DNA of 64,000 nt from Eremomyces bilateralis CBS 781.70. Its lineage: Eukaryota. Shown one piece after another: positions 24,911 to 37,450 of this stretch. The position numbers were made by a program, and so were the translations under genes. How positions within the stretch are numbered: the first letter of the stretch is position 1; each line of letters starts with the position of its first letter. The notes beneath the pieces are model-generated. The model worked only from the letters and a program-made list of their open reading frames with translations. It made no database searches and had not been told where the DNA came from. The stretch lies in NCBI GenBank assembly GCA_010015585.1, contig ML975155.1; one strand, written 5' to 3'.

Positions 24911-27900
24911 ATGGCGAAGATGCAGGCGGCCAGTCTCTCGACCCGCGTGGTGAAGAAGCGCAAGAAGAACTCGTCCTTCGCGGAAGATCTCGAAGCTAAT
25001 CCCAACGAACAAGCGGAGGCAGACTTGAAGACGGCAGAGTCAAACGACCGGCCCGGCCCATCACCCACTACCCAAAAGGCCAAGAGAAAGCGGAAGTCAA
25101 AAGACGCGGAAGACGCAGCCTCATCGGTTTCTTCATCGTCTGGTGTGTCCAATCTTCCTGCCCTTCCCTGGCCGGAGTACTTCTCCTTGTTGGAGAAGAC
25201 TCATCGCGCATTGAACATAGTGTATACATTTTGTAGCACACGCAAGCACTTTGCCACGACATTCGACACAATTAAAAGTGCGGTCGAGTCACATATCAAA
25301 AGAGATCTGACCGTAGACCAAGTGTCTCAAGTCAAGGGTCTAGTGCCAAATGTCATCAACTTTGCATATGTTGATGAAGCTATGCTTCAGATCAACCTTG
25401 TAGGCGCAGATGACCACACATACGCAAATCCGAAGCTCCGTGATGTCGACTCACCACACAATGAAGATAGTGATTCCGGACACCGCGAAGTGCTACTCTT
25501 TGAGTTCGTTGACGGCGACTTGAAGCGACAAGTACGAAATCCAAAGACTGGTGAAGCAGCTGGATCAAACCGCAGGCCACGAGATGAGGATCTGAAGATG
25601 CCGGTCTTTAGCCAGAAGCAGTTGGCCAAACGGATTGAGAAACGTAACGAGAAGTTCTCAGCTGCTGTCAACTGGTTCCTGCACCAATGCCAGATCGATC
25701 TACGAGATCCAATAGAAAGACTTAAAGAGCTTGGTTCTCAGTGCTATCCATCCCCAACCGATAAAGCACCCGATGCCTGCCTTGAATGTACCCCGGCCAA
25801 CCTCCCGCCATCGATCCCATCAGAAAGGAAATCCATCCCGGAAATCATCGATGAGATCCGGTCCCTTAAATGGTATTCAGAACAAATCGTTCCTGATGGA
25901 CATCGAGTCTTCGACCCCCAGTCTGCCGTCTATGGCGACTTGGACTTTCAACTATCACAGTCCCTTGTGAATGCCATTTATAATACCAGGAGCATCATAC
26001 AGTTCTATGTCCACCAAGCGGAAGCCATCAATCATCTGTATCACGGAAACAACGTCATTGTCTCTACGTCTACCTCGTCGGGGAAGTCGTTGATCTATCA
26101 AGTCCCAGTTCTACACGAATTGGAGAAAGATCGTGATGTCAGAGCGATGTACATTTTCCCAACGAAAGCCCTGGCGCAAGATCAGAAGAGGAATCTCAAA
26201 GAATTACTGGGGTTGATGCATGGTCTGGAAGATATTCTCGTTGAGACGTTCGACGGCGACACACCCATGTCTGATCGAAATAAGATACGAGACGAAGGAA
26301 GAGTCATTTTTACTAATCCTGATATGCTCCATATAACGATTCTACCTCAGGAGGACTCTTGGCGGACCTTTCTGAAACACCTCCGATTCGTGGTTGTCGA
26401 CGAGCTACACGTGTATAACGGGCTTTTCGGGGCTCATGTAGCCCTCATTATGCGCAGGCTTCGGAGAATATGCGCGGCAGTGGGAAATCGACATGTCAAG
26501 TTCATTTCGTGCTCTGCAACGGTCTCGAATCCAAAGGAGCATATGGAGACCATCTTTGGAGTCGATAATGTTAAATTGACAGACTTTGATGGATCCCCTT
26601 CAGGCTGCAAGGAATTCCTTTGTTGGAACACTCCGTTCAAGGATCCTCGAGATCCTACTTCCGGTCGAGGGGACAGCATCGCTGAAGCAGCAAGATTGTT
26701 TTGCCAGATGATCCTCAGGGGGGTCCGCGTCATATCGTTCTGCCGTATTCGGAAGCAATGCGAGCTGCTAATAAGTGCGGTAAAAACTGAGCTCAACAAC
26801 CTAGAAAGGCCGGAGGTGATGGCACGGGTAATGGGGTATCGAGGGGGTTATACTCCCCAAGACCGGAGACAGATTGAGCGGGAGATGTTCGATGGTAAGC
26901 TGGTTGGTATCGTGGCCACGAACGCCCTTGAGCTAGGAATTGACATCGGATCGCTTGACGCTGTCATCACGGTTGGCTTCCCGTACACAATCGCGAATCT
27001 ACGGCAGCAAAGTGGACGTGCTGGACGAAGAAATAAAGACTCTCTCTCGGTGCTTGTTGGCGATTGTTTTCCAGTCGATCAGTACTTCATGCAGCATCCT
27101 GATGAGATCTTCACAAGACCGAACTGCGAGCTGCAAGTGGACCTTACAAATATGCTTGTGCTCGAGGGGCATTTACAGTGTGCTGCGCATGAAATGCCTA
27201 TCCGCCCCGAAGACGACGAGAAGTACTTCGGACCTCTACTCCGACCCATTTGCAAAGAGAAGATGCGTCTTGATGATAGAGGGTTCTTCCATTGCAACGA
27301 AAGATATCTGCCACGTCCGGCTCGGTTCGTGGCCATTCGCGATACTGAAGAAGATCATTTCGCGATCATCGACATCTCACATGGCCGCAACGTGCTTCTC
27401 GAAGAGCTTGAGGCATCTCGGGCGTTCTTTACCATTTATGAAGGAGGTATTTTCCTCCATCAAGGAAACACGTACCTCGTGAAGGAGTTCTCGCAGGAAC
27501 GAATGCTGGCCAGAGTAGAATTCGTACGAGTTGACTGGGTGACGCAGCAACGAGATTTCACGGACATCGATCCTGTCGAAACTGAAGCAATCAGGCAGAT
27601 ACCAGAGTCGCTGTCTCGTGCCTTCTACGGACCTATCAAAATCAAGCGAGTCGTATTCGGCTTCTTCAAAAAGGATAAGAAGGGGCGCGTCCTCGACGCA
27701 GTACAAGTGGACAACCCCCCGATCATCCTTCATAGCAAAGGCATGTGGCTCGATGTCCCCAAGTCTGCTATTGACATCCTCGATTCCCGACGCTTCAACA
27801 TCGCCGGTGCCATTCATGCCGCTGAGCATGCCATTCTCAGTCTGATGCCGAACTTTGTGGTCAGCATGCCAGATGATGTGCGAACGGAGTGCAAAGTTGC

Positions 27901-28306
27901 GCAGAAAGAGTTTGCAAAGAAGGAGACCACTCGCAAGCGCCCTGCGAGACTCACATTCTACGATGCGAAGGGCGGTGCATCCGGGTCCGGGATCAGTACC
28001 AAGGCATTCGAATTCATTGATCTACTGCTGAAGCAAGCTTGTGAGCGAGTTTCAGCCTGTCATTGCCTGGAAGGGTGTCTGGAGTGCTGTTGCAGTGAGC
28101 GTTGTAGAGAGGCAAACGTCGTCATGTGCAAAGCTGGAGCGGAGGTCATATTGAAGAGCCTCTTGAATTGGGACATCGATGTTGATGCGCTACCTTGGGG
28201 TCTAGACGAATCAGTAGCGGCTGGCATTGAGACAGTTGTTTTGGCTCCTGAAGTACGGGCGGCTACAGGGAAGACTATTGTTCCTCTTGAACCAAGGCGC
28301 CTGTAG
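24911..28306 (+). CDS. HRQ1: RecQ4-like DEAD/DEAH helicase Hrq1 (DUF1998 C-terminus), single exon
   Basis: STSSGKSL, FPTKALAQDQ, VVDELHVY, SAT, ATNALELGIDIG, QQSGRAGRR, HAAEHA and terminal Cys cluster CHC..GCLECC. Confidence 0.94.
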   Translation: MAKMQAASLSTRVVKKRKKNSSFAEDLEANPNEQAEADLKTAESNDRPGPSPTTQKAKRKRKSKDAEDAASSVSSSSGVSNLPALPWPEYFSLLEKTHRALNIVYTFCSTRKHFATTFDTIKSAVESHIKRDLTVDQVSQVKGLVPNVINFAYVDEAMLQINLVGADDHTYANPKLRDVDSPHNEDSDSGHREVLLFEFVDGDLKRQVRNPKTGEAAGSNRRPRDEDLKMPVFSQKQLAKRIEKRNEKFSAAVNWFLHQCQIDLRDPIERLKELGSQCYPSPTDKAPDACLECTPANLPPSIPSERKSIPEIIDEIRSLKWYSEQIVPDGHRVFDPQSAVYGDLDFQLSQSLVNAIYNTRSIIQFYVHQAEAINHLYHGNNVIVSTSTSSGKSLIYQVPVLHELEKDRDVRAMYIFPTKALAQDQKRNLKELLGLMHGLEDILVETFDGDTPMSDRNKIRDEGRVIFTNPDMLHITILPQEDSWRTFLKHLRFVVVDELHVYNGLFGAHVALIMRRLRRICAAVGNRHVKFISCSATVSNPKEHMETIFGVDNVKLTDFDGSPSGCKEFLCWNTPFKDPRDPTSGRGDSIAEAARLFCQMILRGVRVISFCRIRKQCELLISAVKTELNNLERPEVMARVMGYRGGYTPQDRRQIEREMFDGKLVGIVATNALELGIDIGSLDAVITVGFPYTIANLRQQSGRAGRRNKDSLSVLVGDCFPVDQYFMQHPDEIFTRPNCELQVDLTNMLVLEGHLQCAAHEMPIRPEDDEKYFGPLLRPICKEKMRLDDRGFFHCNERYLPRPARFVAIRDTEEDHFAIIDISHGRNVLLEELEASRAFFTIYEGGIFLHQGNTYLVKEFSQERMLARVEFVRVDWVTQQRDFTDIDPVETEAIRQIPESLSRAFYGPIKIKRVVFGFFKKDKKGRVLDAVQVDNPPIILHSKGMWLDVPKSAIDILDSRRFNIAGAIHAAEHAILSLMPNFVVSMPDDVRTECKVAQKEFAKKETTRKRPARLTFYDAKGGASGSGISTKAFEFIDLLLKQACERVSACHCLEGCLECCCSERCREANVVMCKAGAEVILKSLLNWDIDVDALPWGLDESVAAGIETVVLAPEVRAATGKTIVPLEPRRL

Positions 28307-28560
28307 CCGATCAGTATCTTTTGAGGTGGCTCAACAGTTGAGACGGTCAGATACAGTAGTTACCATACGATAATATGAGATATGTACGCTATCATGTGAC
28401 CATCGCTATTCTTAGTGGAGAAGCATTATATCAACCTCGGAGTATCGTCAGTTCGTCACTCAAGTACAAGTCTAAACATCATACCACTTATAGCAGTATA
28501 TATTTAACGCCAAGGGATTATAGACTCCGACAATTAATAGGATACGAGCTCAACTTTATC

Positions 28561-29548
28561 ATGGCGACATTCGCGTTAGTCTCTGCATTCCCACCCATGA
28601 CATCACTGTCTTACACCGCATAGGAAGTCGTCATTCGCACATAGCCTCTATGCTGCAGCCAGACCGTCTTATCCGCCCGCTTTGTACGACACCATTCTGA
28701 AGTACCATTCTGCACCCCGGGGTTTGTGCATCGATCTCGGTTGTGGGCATGGGGTTATCACACGATGTGCGCGGTTCCCGAACGATCTTCACATCTGAAA
28801 CCCACGGATGCTGATGACTATAGATCTATCCAAACAATTCACAAGAGTTGTTGGAATTGATCCGTCTAAAGGCATGATCGCCCAAGCCGTAGCACTAACA
28901 CCTAGGGACCAGTACCCAAATGTTGAATACAAAGAAGGCCTTTCGGAGAACCTTCCATTCTTGAACGATGAAACAGTTGACATCGTGGTTGCCGGTCAAG
29001 CGGCGCACTGGTTCGATTACCGGACACTGTTCCCCGAGGTGCAACGTATCCTCCGAAAGGGTGGAACATTAGCCTTCTGGGGCTACAAGGACCATGTCTA
29101 TCCTGCGTTTCCAAACGCAACTCGGATTACGCATCACTATTCGAAGAGCTTGGATAAAGATTTGCTGGGCTCGTACTGGACCCAACCTGGCCGTGATATC
29201 GTCGAAGATAAGCTACGCCGGATCAAACCTCCGGAGGAAAATTTCCAGGATATCCAGCGCATTGAATATGAGCCCGGAACAAAAGGACCACAGTCTGGAG
29301 AGGGAACCATGTTCGTCAATAGGAGAATGAAGATCGGGGAGTGCAAAGAATATATCCGGACATGGAGTTCATATCATGGCTGGCAAGAAGCACACCCCGG
29401 CATCGAAAGGCGAAGTGGTGGTGGGACTGGTGATGTTGTGGATAGCCTGTTCGATGAATGCGCGGAATCGGACCATGAGTTCGCCGATGACGGGCAGGAA
29501 ATCGAGGTGGAATGGGGAAGTGGGCTGATCATGGGACGGAAGAGATAA
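28561..29548 (+). CDS. Small-molecule SAM methyltransferase, Tmt1/Crg1-like (trans-aconitate methyltransferase family), 3 exons
   Basis: MATFA-RKSSF..YAAARPSYP..IDLGCGHG, GIDPSKGMI, AGQAAHWFD, YIRTWSSYHGWQ. Confidence 0.88.
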
Positions 29549-30442
29549 TCGGTTCGTTTGGTATCTGCTGTTCCGGTAATCCAATCGACTCATAGTCTTT
29601 TTAGAGATGGATTCCCTGGTCGCTGCATCTTGCATATCAAGAGTGCGACTGTGTCTGCAAGATGTGGTAGAAATGCTGGTTTCTGCCATGCCTGAACACA
29701 GTCGCACATCATCCGTGTAGTACTACATCTCGATTGGTTTAGGACCATTGGAGGGCATTCCTTTCGAATGCACGAACACCTGTATGCCCAGAAAACCACC
29801 ATGCTGCGTATATTAGTAGCACTATGGTCTCTATAACTCTCTATGCACCATTATTTGGGCTCCGGGAGGATGGTCTTGTCCCGCTTCCTCGTACCAGTAA
29901 TGGAAGAGTGGAACAGAGACTTCGGACGAGTGGGCGATCACGATGCTAATGGCGGATCATTATTAGAGACTGGAGTCTGCGAGTTCACTAATTAAGTCCG
30001 AACTCCGAAGTTATGAGCCGTGAATTGTGACATCAACCTCGTCCCGCTCCCAATTTCCATTTGGTCGCCCGAAGTTCCAAAGAGGTTTCTCTCAGCGATT
30101 TTCCAGCGCGATTTGGTGGTTGTCGCCGTTTGTCTCCACAACTCGCGAAGAAAAAAAATGCGCATTTCGCGCTTCATCGGACGCCTTTCCGTGTTAAACA
30201 ATGTCCAGGACGAATGCGGTTGACATAAAAGGGGGTGATTCAATAGAAGGTGGAGGGATTGGTCAGTAGCGCACCAAAATCGGCACAGCACGAGCCTCTC
30301 CTAAGATGGCGTCCCACCCTCAGCCCAGTCAACCAGATGCTTGTATTATTGACAACCTCCTTCGGGCTGATTAAATCCCTCTCCTGATCTTCTCACCTCC
30401 AGCTAATTGGCATGACGGGATCGCAATCTCGTCCAGTGGTCG

Positions 30443-30484
30443 TCTGGACTCTGGACTCTGGACTCTGGACTCTGGACTCTGGAC
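30443..30484. repeat. Tandem repeat (TCTGGAC) x6
   Basis: Read directly from the sequence. Confidence 0.95.
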
Positions 30485-31248
30485 GTCTGGTCCACGTCGC
30501 TAAATCAACCGACGTCTGACGGTGCTAAGGGGGTTTCTCCAAGACTCCAATCGTCGTGATCGGAACTTGGACGCCTTTCGGGCTGTCTGACATTTTCCAG
30601 GGATCCCACCCCTCCTGTGCCTAGGACACGGGAACACGTCGCGCGGTCGGTGTGATTTCTCCAAGATCGCGCATCGTGGCGCCGATGACCATTCGCCGAC
30701 GGTTTGGTTTGGCCTCGAGAACTTCGCTGGGCTTCCCGAATAGTTTCCGTGAAGCGGAACGATTGGCCTACTCGGTCGAGTCTTCGTCTCTTGGATCAAG
30801 TAGTCATTATTCCTATGGCTGCCCTTCCGTACGACACCATGACGCGGCTGCTTCTGAGATTTGACATATTCTCTCCTAATTGCAGATGCTCTCCGTGTCC
30901 TCCATTTCACTCTTCGACTGTCTTATGTTCCACAAGATTACAATTCTAATTGCCAATGTCTTTCTCTTACAAGTCGCTCGTTCTTAGGATTCACAGTGGT
31001 ACCCCGCGTGCAACCTAATGGAAGCACTGGCTTATATTTCGCATGTATTCATGAAAATCCTGCGCATTTGGAGCATCCAGTGGAAGTAATATAATTTGTA
31101 TTGTCTAGGTACGATATTGCGCTCAGAGTCGACAATTATCCATTTCATATCATATTCCTAGAGTCTACATGTTCCATTCTAATATTAATCCTAAGTTCTC
31201 TGTTTTCGCAATCGGTCCGGTCGTCGAGACTATCCTGGAAGTCTCAAC

Positions 31249-34200
31249 ATGAAATTGATAGCTCATTCACTCTTCACGGGTTTATGTGCAATTATACTTC
31301 TCTCTGGAGGCGCGCTCTCCTCTACCAATCGATACCTATCCCGAAGACAAGATGAATCGATACCAACCACACGGAGCACTTCCGCGGCGCTATCCGCTTC
31401 TCCAAGCTCAACCGCCGTTTCAGAGTCGAGAGCAAGCCTGGAATCGACACCGAGCTTAGCATTATCAAAAGCCGAACCTTCAACTACTACGACAGAGGCA
31501 TCAGAGACAGTGGCAACGCTGGAGAACGCACCATCAGCATCTGGACAGCCATACAACAGCAGTACAGATCTAGAGGAGTCGGAGCAGCTACCCATCCAGC
31601 CTAAGATTACCCCTGCCGTGGGCATAGCTGGTGCGTTGTTGATGCTCACGGGCCTCGTATACACTCTGCTTGGAATACAGAAAAAATGGTGCGCACATCA
31701 CTGATTTCCGTCACTTGAGACTGATCGCATTGTAGGATATATGTCTCGTTTTCCGTTGGGTATCTGTTCAGCTTGGCGGTTACAGTATGTCGTCGCTAAG
31801 GAGAAAGCGGTTCTGAACTCAGTTGACAATACCAGGTCCTGATCGTATATGTCATGGATCCTCCAGTAAGGGATGCGATTCAAGGCGCTTACCTTGTTGC
31901 CGCCATAGTCACCGGAGTCTTCTTCGGGGGTATCGCTTGCATATTTAGCGATATCACACAAGGACTGGGATGCTTGCTTGGCGGTTACTCCCTAAGCATG
32001 TGGCTCCTTACACTCCGATCGGGGGGTCTCATCCAGTCCGTCGCTGGAAAGGCGATCTTAATTGGAGTGTTCAGTTTAGTCGCCTTTTCCTTTTCATTCT
32101 CCAGTTACACGAGAAGTTATGCTCTTGTCGTATCCATGTCCTTCTCAGGGGCCACTGTGATAATGCTTGGAATTGACTGCTTCACAAGGGCAGGTCTCAA
32201 AGAATTCTGGTTGTATCTGTGGGGTAAGTTTCTGTTCATATCCCTTCCAATATCTCCGCTCACCCAGTACAGATCTCAGTCCCAAAAGTTTCCCTATTAA
32301 CACGACCAACTACCCGCTCACCAGAGGCATCAAGGCGGAGGTCGCGCTCATTATTCTAATCTTCTTGATGGGCGCCATGTCTCAGTTTAAGCTTCTAAAT
32401 GTCATTAAACGACGACGCGCAAAGAAGGAGCTGGACCGTCAACGACACGCAGAAATGCGTGAACAAGAGGAGAACGAAATAGGTCGAAGAATGCAACAGG
32501 ACCTCGTTAAAGAAGTCGCGCAGTGGGAAAATCTTTACGGGAATAAATCGCGTGCCGAGGCGTGCGATTCGAGCATTACCGAATCCGACGGCTCCCAGAA
32601 ATATTCAAACAGCGCAGATCAATTGCACAAATCTCATGGACACGACATCGAACTTGCCGACATGCCACAGGCATGGAGCGGACCGTCGTCTGGCGCCACT
32701 TCTCGGAGGATAAGCGATACTTTAGGAGCTCAGAGCAACGGCCGAAGTACGAGGCCAGTTTCGGTTAATCGAACCCAGTCGGGCCAGAACAGTGGTCCAA
32801 GTACGAGGCCAGTCTCCGTTAATCGGAATCAGTCAGTCCCAAGCAGCGGCGCAAATACGAGGCCAGTTTCGGCTTATCAGAGTTTGCCAGTGCAGAGCAA
32901 CGATCCAACAATGAGGCCGGTTTCGATGAATCGCAGTCAGTCAACACCGCGCGTCAGTGAAAAAGGCACCTCGACACGGAATGGTCTACTGAGAGTATCG
33001 ACTGCTAGTGTAAGTAGGAACACTAGAGGAGATGATCGAAACTCAATAGCCGTTGGCCCTAAACAGTCATCTGCGAGAAGCTCGGTACGGCTGTCTAGCT
33101 CTTCTCCTGCTATCTTGCCGCTTCCCCTCGCTGCTATCCAAAGGCGAAGTCGTGTCGAGGAAGAGCAGGCATCTATTTCAACCGCACAAGAATCGACGCA
33201 AGAGGTTAGACACGGAATAAAGCGAATTTCTGGCGCATCGGCCTTTAAACGGCTGTCCACGGTATCCAGCAGGCCAGACCCAGCAGAGTCACAAGAGGAT
33301 CTTATCCCTTCCGCCGATGACAACGACAACGATGACGACAGAGCTTCCTCCATTGCTGCGACGTTAGATGAAGAGGAGATTCTCGACTCGGCCGCTTCAG
33401 CCCTCTCCTTACCATTATCGGTTGTGGAGGAGGGAAGCGGCTCTCAGAAAGATGCGGCGGATCGCGCAGGGCAAGGTAGTCAATCATCGGGCGGTACTGG
33501 CACCCACCCTTCAGGCCCTGGCGCCACAGATCATGCGACTGAGGAATCATCGGAGACTTTACTATCAGCCGGTCCTCAGATCGAGATCAGCAAAGATGGT
33601 AGTGAAGGGAAGTGGTTGGTGCATGGTGGGCTATCCAAAGCCGAGAACAAAATCGAAGACGGCGAAGAGCGCATTAAAGCAGGAAATCGATCGAAACGAC
33701 CCAAATCTGGCGTCTCAGTCGCGCAGTCAGATGCAGCCCGCCCAGTATCAGCGTCCGGAAGTTTGAAGGAGCATCTTCCCGACAAGCTCTCGAAGGCTGC
33801 CATGCTCTACCGAACCAACGAATGGACCAAGGGGTGGGAGGTCGCAGAGGCCCCTGAGGAGGATCGGCTTTCTCGCAGCTCTTCGCCTGGCATCCAAATC
33901 GATCCTGCATTCGTCTATGCCGCACAGGCGGAGGCGAACAAACCAATCGTGTCCCCTGTGGTTGACATGCGAGACCACGTGGAAGTGCCAGGCCTCGTAC
34001 GGCAGTCGTTGGTGCGACCCAGTTCCGCAGAGCCATTTCACCGTAATTCTAAGAACATGTCTGGATTGCGAACTTCATATAGCAACGCTCCTTTCCCGGA
34101 GCTACAGCGCCCATCATTAGCTCTGCACGCTCATGCGAACCAGCGGCTTGCGGGACTTTCGCAGCAGAACGTCCATGTTCGGGCGAATTTAGGCAAACGA

Positions 34201-34710
34201 ATGTCATCCGCGCCACTGATGTTGTCGGGGGCACTGCAACCGGCTATCGACGAGGCTAATGAGGCATCCTTCGCTCGCTCGTCTACTCCGACACTTCACT
34301 TGCCGGCTAGCCTCCGCCTATCCCAATCCGCCTCCCCTATGCTGCTCCCTCGCGCGAGCAATACCTCATTGAACCAGCAATCCCGCTTTTCCGGCGACCT
34401 GCAAAGCTTTGACTCCCACCAGCCGAAAGGGCACTCCGGTTTCGATGCCCAGAGACGCGATACAAATCTCGCGGTCTGGCGCTCATCGATGTCCCAGCTT
34501 AACCGGCTTCAAACGCCCATCGTTGATGACGGGAGACGGACCGCGATGATCCAGGAACAAAGAATGAGGCAAATGGAAGAGATGCAAAAGAAATCGGTGG
34601 CTGCGTACCGAAACAGCGTGTTTGATGTCCAAATGCGCAGTGGAAATATGATAGGAGCACATCGTGACGTTCTGCGAAGGATGCAAGAGAAGGCGAACAA
34701 GAATGCTTGA
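31249..34710 (+). CDS. DUF4203 (TM7S3/TM198-like) multi-pass membrane protein with signal peptide and long disordered C-tail
   Basis: Signal peptide, S/T-rich stalk, LPIQPKITPAVGIAG, GLGCLLGGYSLSMWLL, LGIDCFTRAGLKEFWLYLW, YPLTRGIKAE; terminal AHRDVLRRMQEKANKNA. Confidence 0.85.
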
Positions 34711-34926
34711 AATCCCTGAGATGTTCCCTGTGTCTGGTTCTTTTAGCGTGGCGTTTGTGTAGGATGTCGAATTTGGCTGACAAAGGCATCAAAGACCATG
34801 GCGCGGGTTACGTGGTCTCGAAAACGCCGGCTAACTGGTACAAATCCATGTGGGTAATTCTAGAACCTTGTCTCAATATTCCCTGGGGCTACAGAAATGA
34901 AATGTGCATCCGTATTCGCAACTAGA

Positions 34927-36798
34927 TTATGCTCGTTTTCCATCCGTGACTATGACAACCGACCCCTTGCCCAAGTCTTGCTGCCCTTCCACAAAATCAT
35001 CAATTGACTCGATCATGCGTGGGACAAGTGCCTCGCGAGCAGGCCAGATCAGACTGAGTCCTGAATACACCACGAAAGCTACTACGATGCCATAGTACCA
35101 ACTGAAATTGTTGAGATACTCAGCACCACCAATCTTGACGTCAGGATTGACGTTCTTGGCCAGTCCAGGTAACGCCGGTACAATGGAGCACATGAGCGCC
35201 ACAAGCGCACGCCAATTGATCCCATAGTCATAGCGATAGCGGCCCTGTGGTTGATACAATGCTGGGATGTCCAAATGTTGTCGCTTGACGACGTAGAAGT
35301 CGGCGATTTGGATACCCTACAGAATTGAGTAAGTCATCATCATGGAAGACCAAAGAAATCGAGAACCCCTTACCATTGTTGGAGCCAAGAAGATTCCGAG
35401 TGAGTTCATGAAGCTCAGTAACGATGATGCGGAATGGAGGATTTTCCAGGGCACCATTGCCCAGCCTCCGATGATCGTGATAATGATGGATCCGCGGCGA
35501 ATGTTGATCCACTTGGGGAACAAATTGGAGAGGTCATTTGCCCCGGAAATGACTGTCGCACTCATATTCACACAAATCTGCGCAATAAGCCAGGAGAGAC
35601 CAGCGAAAAAGGCACCAGCTCGCCCAGCAGGCCCCTCCCATAAATCAATGATGGCGATTGGGTCCCATATGTATTCGTTGTAAATCATGAACGAGGCTGA
35701 GGCTACCACGACACCGATGATGGCGACCCAGCTACATATGATCGGAAAGTAGGCTGCCTGGGAGAACGCAGACCTTGGGTTGTGCAGATATCGAGTAAAG
35801 TCTGGTCTAGAAAGCGGAATGCGTCAGTGGATCTATCAAGAAGAACAGTACTCCTAAGGGTGACTGGTATCCCCACGCAAACCGAGTTCAGGGGTTGGAA
35901 GTAATCCTCCTGGAGGAACACACTCACATATTAACGCCTACAGTCGACCAGCTTGCCGCACAGGACGTTAAAGACCACATTGTTAGCCAGGATTTCGTCG
36001 AACCAGAGACCGTCGCCTGCTGCTTCCATATATCACCACTACCGCCCGCCTGAGTACATATCCAGATGGTCATGCCAACAATGGTAGCTAGCGACATCGC
36101 GACTTTGACAGTGAAGAGCCATCTCATCTTATGAGGTGGAATTAACACGATGGGAAATTGTACAGCCCACACCAGGAAATATGCAACCATTTGCTGGCTC
36201 GTAATCCCCACTGATTCCGGGATGATATTAGGGAGAGTCCTGAAGGAAGGCCAAATCGATCTGATGACCTGAATCATGGGTCCCACTGCCAGCATATTGG
36301 TGATAGAGTGCCAGAAAAGCGCCGTGATTAGGCGAACGATGACTGGAAACTTGGCCAGGTGATAACCGAAGGATGATCGAGCTAGGATAGGGAAAGGAGC
36401 ATGAGTTCGAGCTCCTGCGTAACCGTTCAGTGACATAGGGACAGCCATGCAGAATGATCCAAAGATGACAGCAAAGACAGCTTCGCGCCTAACAATAATT
36501 AGCAGGAGATCTTTAGCAGAATATCGTTGAGATGGGATTCGTGCCATGTCAGTCCAAGAGGCAATATTGTGCTGCCGGTCTGCCAGCTTTGAATACTGAT
36601 AATATCCGAGAACCAATACCCGAACATCGTCCAGTTCGTCCAAGTCCTCCTTTCAACAGGTGTTATATCCATATCAAGATTGCTCCAGGTACCAGGAGGA
36701 GCCCAGCTAGACTCCTGCTTCGGTAGGATCCATCCTTCCGCTGTCCGCTTCCTCCGCACCTCCTCTTTGACTCGGTCGACACCAATCATTTTACCCAT
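34927..36798 (-). CDS. NCS1-family nucleobase permease (Fur4/Dal4-like; uracil/allantoin type), multi-exon
   Basis: WSNLDMDITPVERRTW, PFPILARSSFG, NMSATVISGANDL..FPKWINIRRG, WAMVPWKI, GINWRA. Confidence 0.9.
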
Positions 36799-37048
36799 AT
36801 TCGGGAAGAAACTATATGGATTGAGAGTATCCAAATACTGGCATCGCTTTCTCAAACATGGATTTCTGCGGACATGCAAGGTATCTATACGTTTTGCTGA
36901 TTGTAGCTCAAGATTATGCCGGTGCCCCGTATCTTGGCTAGCAGAATAGCTGCATCAGGGTGACCGGGGGGTGGCTAAGGCATCCCCGCCACGATTTTTT
37001 AGCCCGCACAGTTTGCGGGTTCGCCCAATAGACTCTTCAAAACTTCGA

Positions 37049-37070
37049 GAGGGGCTCGAGTTAGCCCCTC
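37049..37070. promoter_or_regulatory. 8-bp inverted repeat in the permease-dioxygenase divergent promoter
   Basis: GAGGGGCT-cgagtt-AGCCCCTC; several GATAA motifs nearby (about 37088, 37193, 37290). Confidence 0.4.
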
Positions 37071-37450
37071 CTAGTGATTAGTGTCCGAGATAAACCGACG
37101 ATATCTGGTAATTCCACGACTCAGCCATCAGTGTGATATCTAGCCGCACCATTAAGACATAAGAATTAAGACAGACACGGCCGAGGGTTGCCGATAAGGA
37201 ACCAGCGCCTTGCCGTGAGTGGAAATTGGAATGTTCCGACATACAAGACTTGGCGTCTGAAAGTCGTATCTGCATGCCAGAAATTGACCGATAAAATAGG
37301 ACCGCAGGTTGAAGCAAAGCGGGGCCTGGAAGGGCTGGAACACCACGTTTTTCTTGTCTTTCTTGGAGGACGAATCTTCTTCTGAAATCTAGACTGCATT
37401 CATGTCAAGCAGCTCGTGCATATCATCGTCGGATTAACAGTGTGCTCAAA

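Noticed and set aside
30443..30484. Short tandem repeats here and at 8454-8490 as CRISPR-like or telomeric arrays
   Set aside because: No spacers and not TTAGGG; ordinary micro/minisatellites.
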